This document shows, piece after piece, positions 37,868-47,219 of a DNA stretch of 64,000 nucleotides. The DNA is from Patescibacteria group bacterium. Its GTDB lineage: Bacteria > Patescibacteriota > Patescibacteriia > Patescibacteriales > JBAZCA01. How positions within the stretch are numbered: the first letter of the stretch is position 1; every line of letters begins with the position of its first letter. A program made the position numbers and the translations under genes. The stretch covers positions 47,144 through 111,143 of the forward strand of contig JBAZUF010000001.1 of NCBI GenBank assembly GCA_041661505.1, written 5' to 3'. The notes beneath the pieces are model-generated. The model was not told the origin of the DNA. It did not search any database and worked only from the letters and a program-made list of their open reading frames with translations.

Positions 37868-39310
37868 ATGAAAATTCCTAAATACATCAGGGAAATTTTA
37901 GATGTTTTGGAAAAAGCAGGCTTTGAAGGCTATATTGTCGGCGGATGCGTGCGAGATTTGATAATGGAAAAAGCGCCAAAAGATTTTGACGTTACCACCA
38001 ACGCCCGGCCCGAGCAAATCCAAAAAATTTTTTCCGGCGGAAAATATGAAAATTCATTCGGAACGGTTTTATTGCCGATTAGAGACGGGGAAGAGGTAAT
38101 TGACGTAGTCGAAATTACGACTTACAGAAGCGAACAAGGCTATTCGGACCGGCGCCATCCGGACCAAGTGGTTTTCGAAGAAAAATTGGACAAAGATCTG
38201 GAGCGCCGGGATTTTACGATTAATGCCATGGCTATGTCCCTCAAAGGCAAAAAAACGGAAATTATCGACCTCTTCGGCGGAAAAAAAGATATCGAAAAAA
38301 AGATTATCCGGGCCGTAGGGGAGCCGGCAGACCGTTTTAAGGAGGATGCTTTGCGAATGATGCGGGCGATCCGGTTTTCTTCGGAGTTAGGATTCGAGAT
38401 TGAGCCTAAAACCGAAAGGGCGATAGTCAGACTGGCAGGCGGGGTAAAATTTATTTCTAAAGAAAGAATCCGCGATGAGCTGATTAAAATCTTAGCGTCT
38501 GACGAGCCTTACGAAGGAATAATAAAACTCCATGAAATGAAATTATTGCAATATATAATTCCCGAGCTGGAAAGGGGAGTCGGGGTCAAGCAGGACCGGC
38601 ACCACATTTATACGGTATTCAAGCATTCGGTATTAGCCCTGAAATTTTGCCCGGGAAAAGACTGGCGGGTACGGCTGGCCGCGCTCCTGCACGACATAGC
38701 CAAGCCGCAAACCAAAGACATGAGCAAAGGCTATTCCACTTTCTATAACCACGATATTCTAGGCGCGAAAATCGCCAAAAAAATAATGGAGCGGCTTAAA
38801 TTTTCCAATGCCGAAATGGAAAAAGTTACCCTCTTGGTTCGCAACCACATGTTTTATTATAATGTCGGGGAAGTAACCGAAGCCTCGGTCCGGCGCCTCG
38901 TAAAAAAAGTCGGAGCGGATAACCTAAAAGATCTAATCGATTTGCGCATCGCTGACCGCCTAGGTTCAGGCGTTCCCAAAGCCAAACCCTATAAACTGCG
39001 GCACCTTGAATACATGATGGAAAAAGTGAAAAAAGATCCGATTTCCGCGAAGATGCTAAAAATCGGCGGCAATGATATAATGGAGTTATTGGCAATTGAG
39101 CCCGGACCGAAAATCGGGGCGATTTTGGAAGTCCTTTTGGCTGAAGTGATAGAAGATCCTAAACAGAATAAAAAAGACATCCTGCTAATAAGGGCGGCCG
39201 AATTAAACAAGCTGGATTTAGGCCAATTAAGGGACCGGGCTAAAGAAAAAATTGAAGAAAAAAAAGAGGAGGAAGATAAAGAACTAAAAAGCGAATTTTG
39301 GGTAAAATAA
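37868..39310 (+). CDS. cca: tRNA nucleotidyltransferase (CCA-adding enzyme) with HD domain
   Basis: VGGCVRD, DFDVTT, RRDFTINA, EDALRMMRAIRF, LLHDIAKP. Confidence 0.93.
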   Translation: MKIPKYIREILDVLEKAGFEGYIVGGCVRDLIMEKAPKDFDVTTNARPEQIQKIFSGGKYENSFGTVLLPIRDGEEVIDVVEITTYRSEQGYSDRRHPDQVVFEEKLDKDLERRDFTINAMAMSLKGKKTEIIDLFGGKKDIEKKIIRAVGEPADRFKEDALRMMRAIRFSSELGFEIEPKTERAIVRLAGGVKFISKERIRDELIKILASDEPYEGIIKLHEMKLLQYIIPELERGVGVKQDRHHIYTVFKHSVLALKFCPGKDWRVRLAALLHDIAKPQTKDMSKGYSTFYNHDILGAKIAKKIMERLKFSNAEMEKVTLLVRNHMFYYNVGEVTEASVRRLVKKVGADNLKDLIDLRIADRLGSGVPKAKPYKLRHLEYMMEKVKKDPISAKMLKIGGNDIMELLAIEPGPKIGAILEVLLAEVIEDPKQNKKDILLIRAAELNKLDLGQLRDRAKEKIEEKKEEEDKELKSEFWVK

Positions 39311-39319
39311 CAAATATTT

Positions 39320-40078
39320 ATGAAAAAATTCTTAATCCCAATAGTCATTTCCGCCCTTGCCTTAACCGGCTGCCGTGGCGAAAAAAATTCGTTAATTGAC
39401 GAAAAAAACGCAGAAGAAGGCATTAACAGTTTCGACAGCTCGGACGTAAATGGTAAGATTAAAGCCATCCGCAACGGATTAACGCCAAAAGTGGCGCCTA
39501 CCGGCAAGAGCCCTGATGGACAGGGCCTGGCAGGAGAAAACGCGCCAGCGGACGAACAAGCCAATACGGGCGGGAAAATCCAGTTAGAAAATTTAACTTC
39601 CGTTTACAGCCAAGCGGATATAAAAACCAACTTCGGCGATATCACGGTAAAATTTTATAGCCAGGAATCGCCGGTTACGGTGAATGTATTTCTGAATTTA
39701 GCCAAAAAGAACTTTTACGACGGCACAAAATTCCACCGGGTGATTAAGGATTTTATGATTCAGGGGGGCGATCCGTTATCCAAGGATGATGATCCAACAA
39801 ACGATGGCCAGGGCGGTCCCGGTTTCCAGTTTCAGGATGAGATCAATCCCCATAAGCTCGTCCAAGGCAGCCTGGCTATGGCCAATTCCGGCCCCAATAC
39901 CAATGGTTCGCAATTTTTTATCGTAACCGCGTCTTCCACCCCCTGGCTTGACGGCAAGCATACGAACTTCGGTTATGTCGTTGACGGCCTTGACACGGTT
40001 TTAAAAATAGGGGATTTAGAGACTAGAAGCGACCGGCCGCTGGAAGATGTTATAATCGAAAAAATCGAACTAAAATAA
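39320..40078 (+). CDS. Cyclophilin-type peptidyl-prolyl isomerase, lipoprotein
   Basis: Lipobox LTGC; FHRVIKDFMIQGGDP, MANSGPNTNGSQFFI, LDGKHT. Confidence 0.93.
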   Translation: MKKFLIPIVISALALTGCRGEKNSLIDEKNAEEGINSFDSSDVNGKIKAIRNGLTPKVAPTGKSPDGQGLAGENAPADEQANTGGKIQLENLTSVYSQADIKTNFGDITVKFYSQESPVTVNVFLNLAKKNFYDGTKFHRVIKDFMIQGGDPLSKDDDPTNDGQGGPGFQFQDEINPHKLVQGSLAMANSGPNTNGSQFFIVTASSTPWLDGKHTNFGYVVDGLDTVLKIGDLETRSDRPLEDVIIEKIELK

Positions 40079-40128
40079 TAATTCGCCTGTCCCGGCCGGC
40101 CATTTTGCGCCAGAAGGGCAAAAAGATT

Positions 40129-40869
40129 ATGAAATCATCTTTGAAAATTGCCTTAAAGTATTACTTAAAAATTGTCGCCCGGCTGGCATTAATCATCCAT
40201 CGCCCGACGATAATCGCCATTGCCGGCAGTACCAATAAAACAATTATTAAAAGCCAAATTACTTCGGAGTTAAGCAAAGAAAGGGAAGTCCGCTCCAACG
40301 CACGGGGATTTAATACTGAAATCGGCTTGCCGGTAGCCATCCTTTCCCTGCCTTCGGGGTACGGATCTTACAAGGCTTGGTTCTCCGTAATTTTGAGGGC
40401 TCCCCTGGCGATTTTTGACGCCCGCTTTCCCAAAGTGCTGGTTTTAGAGCTCGGCGTCTCAAAGCCTGGAGACATGAAGTATCTTTTATCGATTATCCGG
40501 CCGCATATCGCCATTATTTCCGATATCACCCAAAGATATATCGGAAGCTTTTCTAATATGGGCCAGCTGGTCAAGGAATATGAATATCTTTTGAATCACC
40601 TTCGGAAAAACGCCGTTGCCGTCTTAAATTCCGATAATATGAAAATTTTTGAGATTTCTAAAGCGGTAAATTGCAAAAAGATATTTTTCGGCTTTGGAGA
40701 CGATGCCGATTTCAAGGTAACAGAGTGCGTGGCTAAACTGGAAAAACAGAGTATAAGAGTAAGTGTTGGCGGAGAAATAAAAGGCTACGAGATCAGCCGG
40801 CCGGGCAGGCATCAGGTTTATGCCGCACTGGCGGCGAAAATTTCAGAGGAAGCAATTAAAGCTTTTTAG
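40129..40869 (+). CDS. Mur-ligase (MurF-like) central domain only, with degenerate P-loop
   Basis: IAGSTNKT, FNTEIGLP, VLELGVSKPGDM, LNSD; no C-terminal domain. Confidence 0.75.
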   Translation: MKSSLKIALKYYLKIVARLALIIHRPTIIAIAGSTNKTIIKSQITSELSKEREVRSNARGFNTEIGLPVAILSLPSGYGSYKAWFSVILRAPLAIFDARFPKVLVLELGVSKPGDMKYLLSIIRPHIAIISDITQRYIGSFSNMGQLVKEYEYLLNHLRKNAVAVLNSDNMKIFEISKAVNCKKIFFGFGDDADFKVTECVAKLEKQSIRVSVGGEIKGYEISRPGRHQVYAALAAKISEEAIKAF

Positions 40870-40943
40870 GGTCTGTCGGCGAATGCGCTTTTGAAACGAA
40901 AAACTATAATTTATTACTAATTTTAGCTAATGTTAGCCAATTT

Positions 40944-41792
40944 ATGGCCTCAAGCTGGTCGAAATCAAGGGTAAAAAAGCCATATTATCGAAAAGCGTCC
41001 GGAAATCCTTTTTTCAACCGTCCGAAAAAAAGAAACAGCCTTTCGGCAAAAGCAAAAATAATTTCTTTTTTAGTATTATTTTTGATGGCGGGATTAATAT
41101 GGATTTTATTTTTTTCCAAATTATTTTTAATAAACAGCCTTGAAATCCAAGGCCAGCCCGAGGAAATAAAAAAGGCAATTGAGGAAAAAGCCTGGCAGGA
41201 GACAAAAAAACGGCGCTTTCTATTTTTTACCGAAGCTAATCTTTTTATCTTTGACAAAAACCGCCTGGCCGACAGCTTAAAAACCGATTATGCTTTTGAT
41301 CAGCTAATGATAAATAAGAGTTTATTCCATAAGATAAAAATCGAATTCCATCAAAAAGATTTTTCTCTTGTCTGGAAGGAGGGAGACAAGTATTATTTTA
41401 TTGATGATAAAGGGGTAATTTTAAAAGAAGCCGATCCGCTAAACATAAAAACCGATAATTTTCCGATAATTGAGAACCAGGGAGAGCCGCTGGCTGAAAA
41501 TAAGAAAATCGGCGACGAATTAAGCCGGCTGGATTATACCCGGAACCTTTTCGCGGCAATAAAAAGCAATAAAGACCAGGAAATAAAAATCGAAAAGTTC
41601 GTAATCGACAAAGATGCCCAGACAGTAAAACTCTTAGTCAATTCCGGCCCTCAAATATTATTTAGCATTGAAGCCGGCATGGACGGCCAGCTTACCCGGT
41701 TATTCTCTTTAATTAAGGAAAAGCTAAAGGACGAATATCTGAAAAAGAAGTACATTGATTTAAGATTTGGCGAGTTAATCTATTATCAATAG
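40944..41792 (+). CDS. ftsQ: Cell division protein FtsQ/DivIB-like
   Basis: Basic N-tail, single TM, POTRA-like region, C-terminal YIDLRF. Confidence 0.8.
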   Translation: MASSWSKSRVKKPYYRKASGNPFFNRPKKRNSLSAKAKIISFLVLFLMAGLIWILFFSKLFLINSLEIQGQPEEIKKAIEEKAWQETKKRRFLFFTEANLFIFDKNRLADSLKTDYAFDQLMINKSLFHKIKIEFHQKDFSLVWKEGDKYYFIDDKGVILKEADPLNIKTDNFPIIENQGEPLAENKKIGDELSRLDYTRNLFAAIKSNKDQEIKIEKFVIDKDAQTVKLLVNSGPQILFSIEAGMDGQLTRLFSLIKEKLKDEYLKKKYIDLRFGELIYYQ

Positions 41793-41890
41793 CATAATAT
41801 ACCAGTTAAAACTTTCCGCCGGCGGGCGGAATGATAAACAAGCGTCTGGCAGGGCCGAAAGGAGCGGCTATCTGGCGCGGACTAAATTAT

Positions 41891-42037
41891 ATGGAAAGGC
41901 TTTTTAAAACATTATTCTATTTGGCGTTAATAATTTTCTGCCTCTTAATCATCGGGGTATTCCTTTTGATAATAAAAATTTCTTTGCTATTTTTGGCTGA
42001 AATAAATTTCTTCGGCATCCATTTTACATTAGGCTAA
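41891..42037 (+). CDS. Small hydrophobic membrane peptide (48 aa)
   Basis: MERLFKTLFYLALIIFCLLIIGVFLLIIK. Confidence 0.55.
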   Translation: MERLFKTLFYLALIIFCLLIIGVFLLIIKISLLFLAEINFFGIHFTLG

Positions 42038-42080
42038 GGGGAAGAGCTTTTCTGGAAGACCCCTGGAAAAGCCGCTTATC

Positions 42081-42108
42081 ACTTCGTTTAACCTACATTA
42101 TGCGAAGT
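42081..42108. other. dif-like Xer recombination site
   Basis: ACTTCGTTTAA-CCTACA-TTATGCGAAGT: 11-6-11 quasi-palindrome 47 bp upstream of the Xer gene. Confidence 0.75.
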
Positions 42109-42155
42109 ATTAACATCAATAAACACAGGGGTTATATCGCTTCTCTTTATTGCTT

Positions 42156-43118
42156 ATGCCGCCTAAACCAATAACAAAATATCTAGTTGATTACCTTGAA
42201 TTCCTTGAGATCGAAAAGGGCCTCTCTTCTAAAACCCAGGAGAATTATTCCCGCTTTTTATCAAGATTTTTTAATTGGCTCAAAGAGGGAGGGATCGGGG
42301 AACTACTCCCCTCTCAACTTACCTATGAACACGTCTGGAAGTACCGCGTATACATGTCCAAGTTCGCGGACAAAAAAACCGGAAAAGGATTAAAAAAATC
42401 CACCCAAAACTATTATCTAATCGCCCTGCGCGGAATGCTTGAATACTTTATTGAGAAAGATATCCCTTCCCTTCCGCCTTCAAAAATTAAGCTCGCTAAA
42501 AATAAAGGCGATAAAGAAATTAAATTTTTAAATCTAGACCAGGTGGAAACCTTGCTTTTAGCCCCGGCGATGGATTCCATACAGGGATTAAGAGACCGCG
42601 CCATTTTGGAAACCCTCTTTTCTACCGGCTTGCGGGTGGCCGAACTCGTTCGCTTAAACCGCGACCAGTTTAAAATGAAAAACCTGAAAGGAGACATTGA
42701 AATAACCGTAGTGGGAAAGGGCGGCAAGGTAAGAACGGTATATTTTTCCGACAGGGCGGTAGCCAGTCTTAAAAGATATTTGGAAGCCCGCAAGGATTTT
42801 GATCCGGCGCTTTTTATTAATTTCAAGCGCGGCGAGAGTAAAACAAACGCTTCCCGCCGATTAACGACAAGAAGCATTGAGGATATCGTAAAAAAATATA
42901 TATTGATTTCCGGTCTGCCGGTTATGGCTTCCCCCCATACCCTAAGGCATTCGTACGCTACTGATCTATTGACCCAGGGAGTCGATTTAAGGACAGTTCA
43001 GGAATTCTTGGGCCACAGGAACATCGCCACTACTCAAATTTACACTCACGTAACCAATAAGCGCTTAAGGGATATCCATAAAAATTTCCACGGCGGAAAA
43101 AAAATAAAAGACCGGTAG
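42156..43118 (+). CDS. Xer-family tyrosine recombinase (chromosome dimer resolution)
   Basis: RDRAILETLFSTGLRVAEL, GKGGK.R, PHTLRHSYAT, VQEFLGH, TTQIYTHV. Confidence 0.93.
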   Translation: MPPKPITKYLVDYLEFLEIEKGLSSKTQENYSRFLSRFFNWLKEGGIGELLPSQLTYEHVWKYRVYMSKFADKKTGKGLKKSTQNYYLIALRGMLEYFIEKDIPSLPPSKIKLAKNKGDKEIKFLNLDQVETLLLAPAMDSIQGLRDRAILETLFSTGLRVAELVRLNRDQFKMKNLKGDIEITVVGKGGKVRTVYFSDRAVASLKRYLEARKDFDPALFINFKRGESKTNASRRLTTRSIEDIVKKYILISGLPVMASPHTLRHSYATDLLTQGVDLRTVQEFLGHRNIATTQIYTHVTNKRLRDIHKNFHGGKKIKDR

Positions 43119-43127
43119 ATAGCGCTC

Positions 43128-43646
43128 TTAGTTGGTATATGGACCGGCTAAAATGTAATACGAATTAGCGTTGCCGCCACCGTCCAGGCCGGTAAAAGTC
43201 GTGCATATTTTAGAGGCATTGCCGCTTATCCGCTCCATAACTTTGGAATAAATTACGGCAATGCGCGCGTATTCTCCCCCGGTGCAATTAACATCGCCGT
43301 CATAGTAATAAAAATGGACGGAATTGGCCGGCGTATCGGATGATCCCAGCGGGTCAATCGGGGTCTTTTGCAAATACGGCCTCAAAGAGGCGTCAATCGT
43401 ACCGCCGATCCCGATAATGCCGGTCTGGGCGGACGGAGGATATTGGCGGTTGTCGTTAAAATACATTTCCATAGCATTTTTCAGTTGCTTTAGGTCTGAC
43501 AGCCTGGTTGTATCGCGCGCTTTTTCTCGCGCGTTTTTTAAATTCACTACTCCTAACGTGGAAAGGAACCCGATAATGGAAATAACCACCAAAAGTTCAA
43601 TCAGGGTGAATCCCAGGCTATTAAATTTCATTTGGCTCATAAACAA
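43128..43646 (-). CDS. Type IV pilin / GspG-like prepilin
   Basis: GFTLIELLVVISIIG cleavage motif; AREKARD..R.SD. Confidence 0.92.
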   Translation of the reverse strand: MFMSQMKFNSLGFTLIELLVVISIIGFLSTLGVVNLKNAREKARDTTRLSDLKQLKNAMEMYFNDNRQYPPSAQTGIIGIGGTIDASLRPYLQKTPIDPLGSSDTPANSVHFYYYDGDVNCTGGEYARIAVIYSKVMERISGNASKICTTFTGLDGGGNANSYYILAGPYTN

Positions 43647-43731
43647 GGTGGGCGAGCCCTGCGTTCTGCCCCGTATTTCGCGGAACGGAGCGGGCCAAGC
43701 GATTAATATATACTTAGAGATATAAATTTTA

Positions 43732-44982
43732 TTAAGGCAAATATTCTAAAGGATTAACCGGTATGCCGTTTAAGCGGACTTCAAAATGGAGATGCGGCCC
43801 GGTAGTAAGCGGTCCGGCGCCGGGCGTTCCCGGCATTCCGCCAGAAAGACCGATAACCTGGCCTTGCGTTACGTATTCGTCTTCCTCAACATAAATTTTT
43901 GAAACATGCCCGTAAACCGTTGCCAGACCGTCGCCATGGATAAGCATAATATAGCTATAAGCTTTACCGCCGTTTTTAGCCCGGGCAACATAGCCGGATG
44001 AAGCGGCTTTGATCGGAGTCCCCTGCCCAGCCCGGATATCAACTGCCGGATGCTCAAAAACAAACCTGAAAGGATAATCCGGATCGTGGAATGTGGCGGT
44101 GACTACGTTGCGCGCTACCGGCCAGATCATGCCCGAGTCGTTATATTCCAGTTTTTTCGGGTCAAGCCGGGTGAGCCTTTCTCTTACGGTTTTTTCCAAA
44201 TTGCTGATATCCGCCGCGGCGGCCGCCTGCTCTCTCTTGGCCTGGCTCAAAAGAGACTGGTACTGGGATTCCGACTGGCGGGTTTCTTCCAATAAATAAT
44301 TCTTGTTATCATACTCGACCGCCAAATTTTGTTTTTTCTCTTCCAGCCCGGCCTTAAATTTCGCCAGTTCTGCCGCCTTGGCGTCGAGCTCAATCTTTAT
44401 TTTATCCAGTTCAGCCTTTCTATCCTTGACTTCGCCCAAGGCTTCCTGAATTTCCGAATTTACGTCTTCCAAATATTTTAACTGGTTTAAAAATTCCGAA
44501 AAAGAATCATTAAGCAAAAGCGCTTCCAGAGAGCTTACGTCATCCTGCTTATAAACCAGCCTCAAAACTTTTCCGATATATTCTTTCCGGGTTTGGATTT
44601 CATCCTCTTTTTCTTTTATTTCCAGCTGGGTTTTTTGGATTTCCAGCTGGGTCCGGTCAATTTCAACCTCGGTCTCGGCAATATCCAGCTCGGCTTTTTT
44701 TGCCCGGTTATCGATAATTGATAACTGGCTCCCCAAGCTCGCCTGCTCGGACTGTTTTTCCCGAATCGCCTGGCTGTAGGCGGTTTGCTGGTCCTGGATC
44801 TCCTTCAATCTTTTTTTTCTTTCTTCAATTTGCGAATTCAGATTCCGCACTTCTTCATTGGCTTGCGGTGAGCTTCCGGTGTCCGCCGCCATTCCGATCG
44901 CTTTAATTAAGAAAAACGAAGAAACTGACAGGCAGACAAAAAGAAATAAAATAATAATTTTTAGCTTTTTAGGCATGGGCAT
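43732..44982 (-). CDS. Coiled-coil M23 peptidase (EnvC-like murein hydrolase or activator)
   Basis: Signal/TM segment, long coiled coil, HPAVDI, YGH, TGPHLHFEVR; ATG 44982 preferred. Confidence 0.9.
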   Translation of the reverse strand: MPMPKKLKIIILFLFVCLSVSSFFLIKAIGMAADTGSSPQANEEVRNLNSQIEERKKRLKEIQDQQTAYSQAIREKQSEQASLGSQLSIIDNRAKKAELDIAETEVEIDRTQLEIQKTQLEIKEKEDEIQTRKEYIGKVLRLVYKQDDVSSLEALLLNDSFSEFLNQLKYLEDVNSEIQEALGEVKDRKAELDKIKIELDAKAAELAKFKAGLEEKKQNLAVEYDNKNYLLEETRQSESQYQSLLSQAKREQAAAAADISNLEKTVRERLTRLDPKKLEYNDSGMIWPVARNVVTATFHDPDYPFRFVFEHPAVDIRAGQGTPIKAASSGYVARAKNGGKAYSYIMLIHGDGLATVYGHVSKIYVEEDEYVTQGQVIGLSGGMPGTPGAGPLTTGPHLHFEVRLNGIPVNPLEYLP

Positions 44983-45063
44983 ATATTCTATTATACCAAA
45001 AAGCCGGACAATGGGCAAAGCCCGGGTTGTCCGGCTAATATACTGCCAGTTTTCCAAAAACGG

Positions 45064-46863
45064 CTAGTTTGAGGCCCTTTTTTCAATCTTTTCTTTCACT
45101 TCCCTAATCAGCTCGTCCTTACTCATCTGCTTCAAGTCTTTTTGCCCACGGAGGCGCACGGCTAATTGGCCGCCGCCCATTTCTTTATCGCCGATTACTA
45201 TTACGTAAGGTATTTTTTCTCCCGAAGCTTTGCGGATTTTGTTGCCTAGAGTTTCGTCCCCAGTGTCGGCTTCAGCCCGAATTCCGGCCATTACCAGCTC
45301 TTTAGCAAAATCTTCGCTAAAGTTAGCGTGTTTTTCCCCAACAGACAGTATTTTAACCTGAACCGGTGAAAGCCAAACCGGGAACGCTCCGGCGTAATAT
45401 TCAATTAAATATGAGAAGAAGCGCTCAAATGACCCGATCAGAGCCCGATGGATCATAAACGGCTGCTTCTTTTTTCCGTTTTCATCTATATAAGACAGTT
45501 CAAACCTTTCCGGCAGATTGAAGTCCACCTGGATGGTTGAAATTGAATCTTCTTTGCCGTAAACGTTAACTGCCTGGACATCCAGCTTCGGACCGTAAAA
45601 AGCCGCTTCGCCTTTGGCTTCGTAAAATGGCACGTCATTTTTTTCGAGCACTTTGCGCAAAGTTTCCTCGGCCTTTTTCCAGCTTTCCTTGTCGCCCACG
45701 TATTTTGATTTTTCCGCGTCGGAAAGCGAGAGCCGGTATTTATAATTGGTAAACCCTAAATCTTTATAAAAATTGTCCATCATTTTCATTACTTCCATAA
45801 ACTGGTCTTCAAGCTGTTCCGGCGTACAGAAGATATGGGCGTCGTTTTGAGTAAAGCCGCGGACGCGCTGGAGGCCGTGCACCTCGCCGGATTTTTCATA
45901 ACGGTAAACCGTGCCCAGCTCGCCGATCTTCATCGGCAGTTCCCGGTAGCTATGCGGCTTCATTTTATAAACCATAATGCCGGCCGGGCAATTCATCGGC
46001 TTTAAGACATAAGTTTCTTTGACTTTGGCTTTTTTGCCTTCCTGGGCGTCTTTCAAATTTTGGCCGACTTCAAAAGCCGGATACATGCTTTCGTTATAAA
46101 AACCCCAGTGGCCGGAAGTTTCAAAAAGCTCTTTCCGGTTGATGTGCGGAGTCTGGATATGGACGTAGCCGTAGCTGCGCTCCATTTTAATCATATAATC
46201 TTCAAGCGCGCGGCGGATAACATATCCTTTGGGGAGCCAAACCGGGAGTCCCGGCCCAATCTCATTAAAACTGGCAAAAAGCTCAAGTTCTTTTCCCAGC
46301 TTTATATGATTGCGCTTTTCCGCTTCTTCCATCCGTTTTAAATATTCTTCCAGCTCTTTTTTAGTTTCAAAAGCCACGCCGTAAATCCGCTGAATCATTT
46401 TATTTTTCTCGTCGCCCTTCCAATAAGCGCCGGCGAGCTTAGTCAATTTAAAGCCTTCCGGATTTATTTTCCCGGTCGAAGCGATGTGCGGACCCTTGCA
46501 CATGTTAATAAAATCTCCCTGTTCAAAAAATGTTATCACGCTCTCCCCCTCCCTTTCTAAATCCCGCGCCAGTTCAGCCGTATAAATATATTTTTTCTTT
46601 TCCAAAAACTCAATCCCCTTTTTAACAGGCATTTCTGATTTTTTTATTACTAAATCCTCCTTTATTATCTTCCGCATCTCTTCTTCGATTTTCGCCAAAT
46701 CAACTTCTGACACCTGGTGTTTTGCGTCAAAATCATGGTAAAAGCCGTTTTCAATTGACGGCCCGACGCCGGGAATCGCTTTATACATTTTTTCCAAAGC
46801 CTGCATCATTACGTGGGACAGCGAGTGCCTTAAAGCTTCGATATTTTTTTCATCTTTTGCCAT
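45064..46863 (-). CDS. thrS: Threonyl-tRNA synthetase
   Basis: RHSLSH, CKGPH, KPMNCP, YRYEKSG, RVRGFTQNDAHIF, FYGPK, HRA..GSFERF. Confidence 0.97.
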   Translation of the reverse strand: MAKDEKNIEALRHSLSHVMMQALEKMYKAIPGVGPSIENGFYHDFDAKHQVSEVDLAKIEEEMRKIIKEDLVIKKSEMPVKKGIEFLEKKKYIYTAELARDLEREGESVITFFEQGDFINMCKGPHIASTGKINPEGFKLTKLAGAYWKGDEKNKMIQRIYGVAFETKKELEEYLKRMEEAEKRNHIKLGKELELFASFNEIGPGLPVWLPKGYVIRRALEDYMIKMERSYGYVHIQTPHINRKELFETSGHWGFYNESMYPAFEVGQNLKDAQEGKKAKVKETYVLKPMNCPAGIMVYKMKPHSYRELPMKIGELGTVYRYEKSGEVHGLQRVRGFTQNDAHIFCTPEQLEDQFMEVMKMMDNFYKDLGFTNYKYRLSLSDAEKSKYVGDKESWKKAEETLRKVLEKNDVPFYEAKGEAAFYGPKLDVQAVNVYGKEDSISTIQVDFNLPERFELSYIDENGKKKQPFMIHRALIGSFERFFSYLIEYYAGAFPVWLSPVQVKILSVGEKHANFSEDFAKELVMAGIRAEADTGDETLGNKIRKASGEKIPYVIVIGDKEMGGGQLAVRLRGQKDLKQMSKDELIREVKEKIEKRASN

Positions 46864-46943
46864 ATGTTTTCCGGTTCAGCCTGATGAAGCATCCCATCCG
46901 GCTGATATTAAATTAGACTTAAGTTATAAAATTATATAAACAC

Positions 46944-47168
46944 AAAAACCTCGTCCTAATGCAGCCAAAACATGGTTGCACTGGGACGAGGTTTAACCCG
47001 CGGCTCCGGCCTTTAGCCGAAGTCCCTATGCTTAGGGATTCCACCCAGTTTTTCCGCCGATATGCCGGCGGAACTCTTAATTTATGCGGCTTAGTCCCGA
47101 TTATTCTGGATACCGCGAGGCCCATAGGCTTTGCGGCAGCCGGCTTGGTAAACCGGCCAATCGCCTCT
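46944..47168 (-). promoter_or_regulatory. T-box-like riboswitch leader of thrS (atypical)
   Basis: Minus strand: short stem with ACC (Thr) at the apex; AACTGGGTGGAA[35-nt insert]CCGCG...CTCGTCCC antiterminator overlapping the terminator AAACCTCGTCC..GGACGAGGTTTTT. Confidence 0.7.
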
Positions 47169-47187
47169 TTGTTTAATTTGTAAAATA

Positions 47188-47216
47188 ATCTTAATAAAAA
47201 TCCGCTTTTCTGTCAA
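47188..47216 (-). promoter_or_regulatory. Sigma70 promoter for the thrS leader
   Basis: TTGACA-N17-TAAGAT on the minus strand. Confidence 0.7.
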
Positions 47217-47219
47217 CCG

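Noticed and set aside
42156-43118. Prophage or island integrase
   Set aside because: Flanked by housekeeping genes with no phage cargo; the sequence and adjacent dif-like site fit a chromosomal Xer.
46919-47183. ORFs 46919-47125 and 46959-47183
   Set aside because: They overlap the structured thrS leader and have no coding hallmarks.
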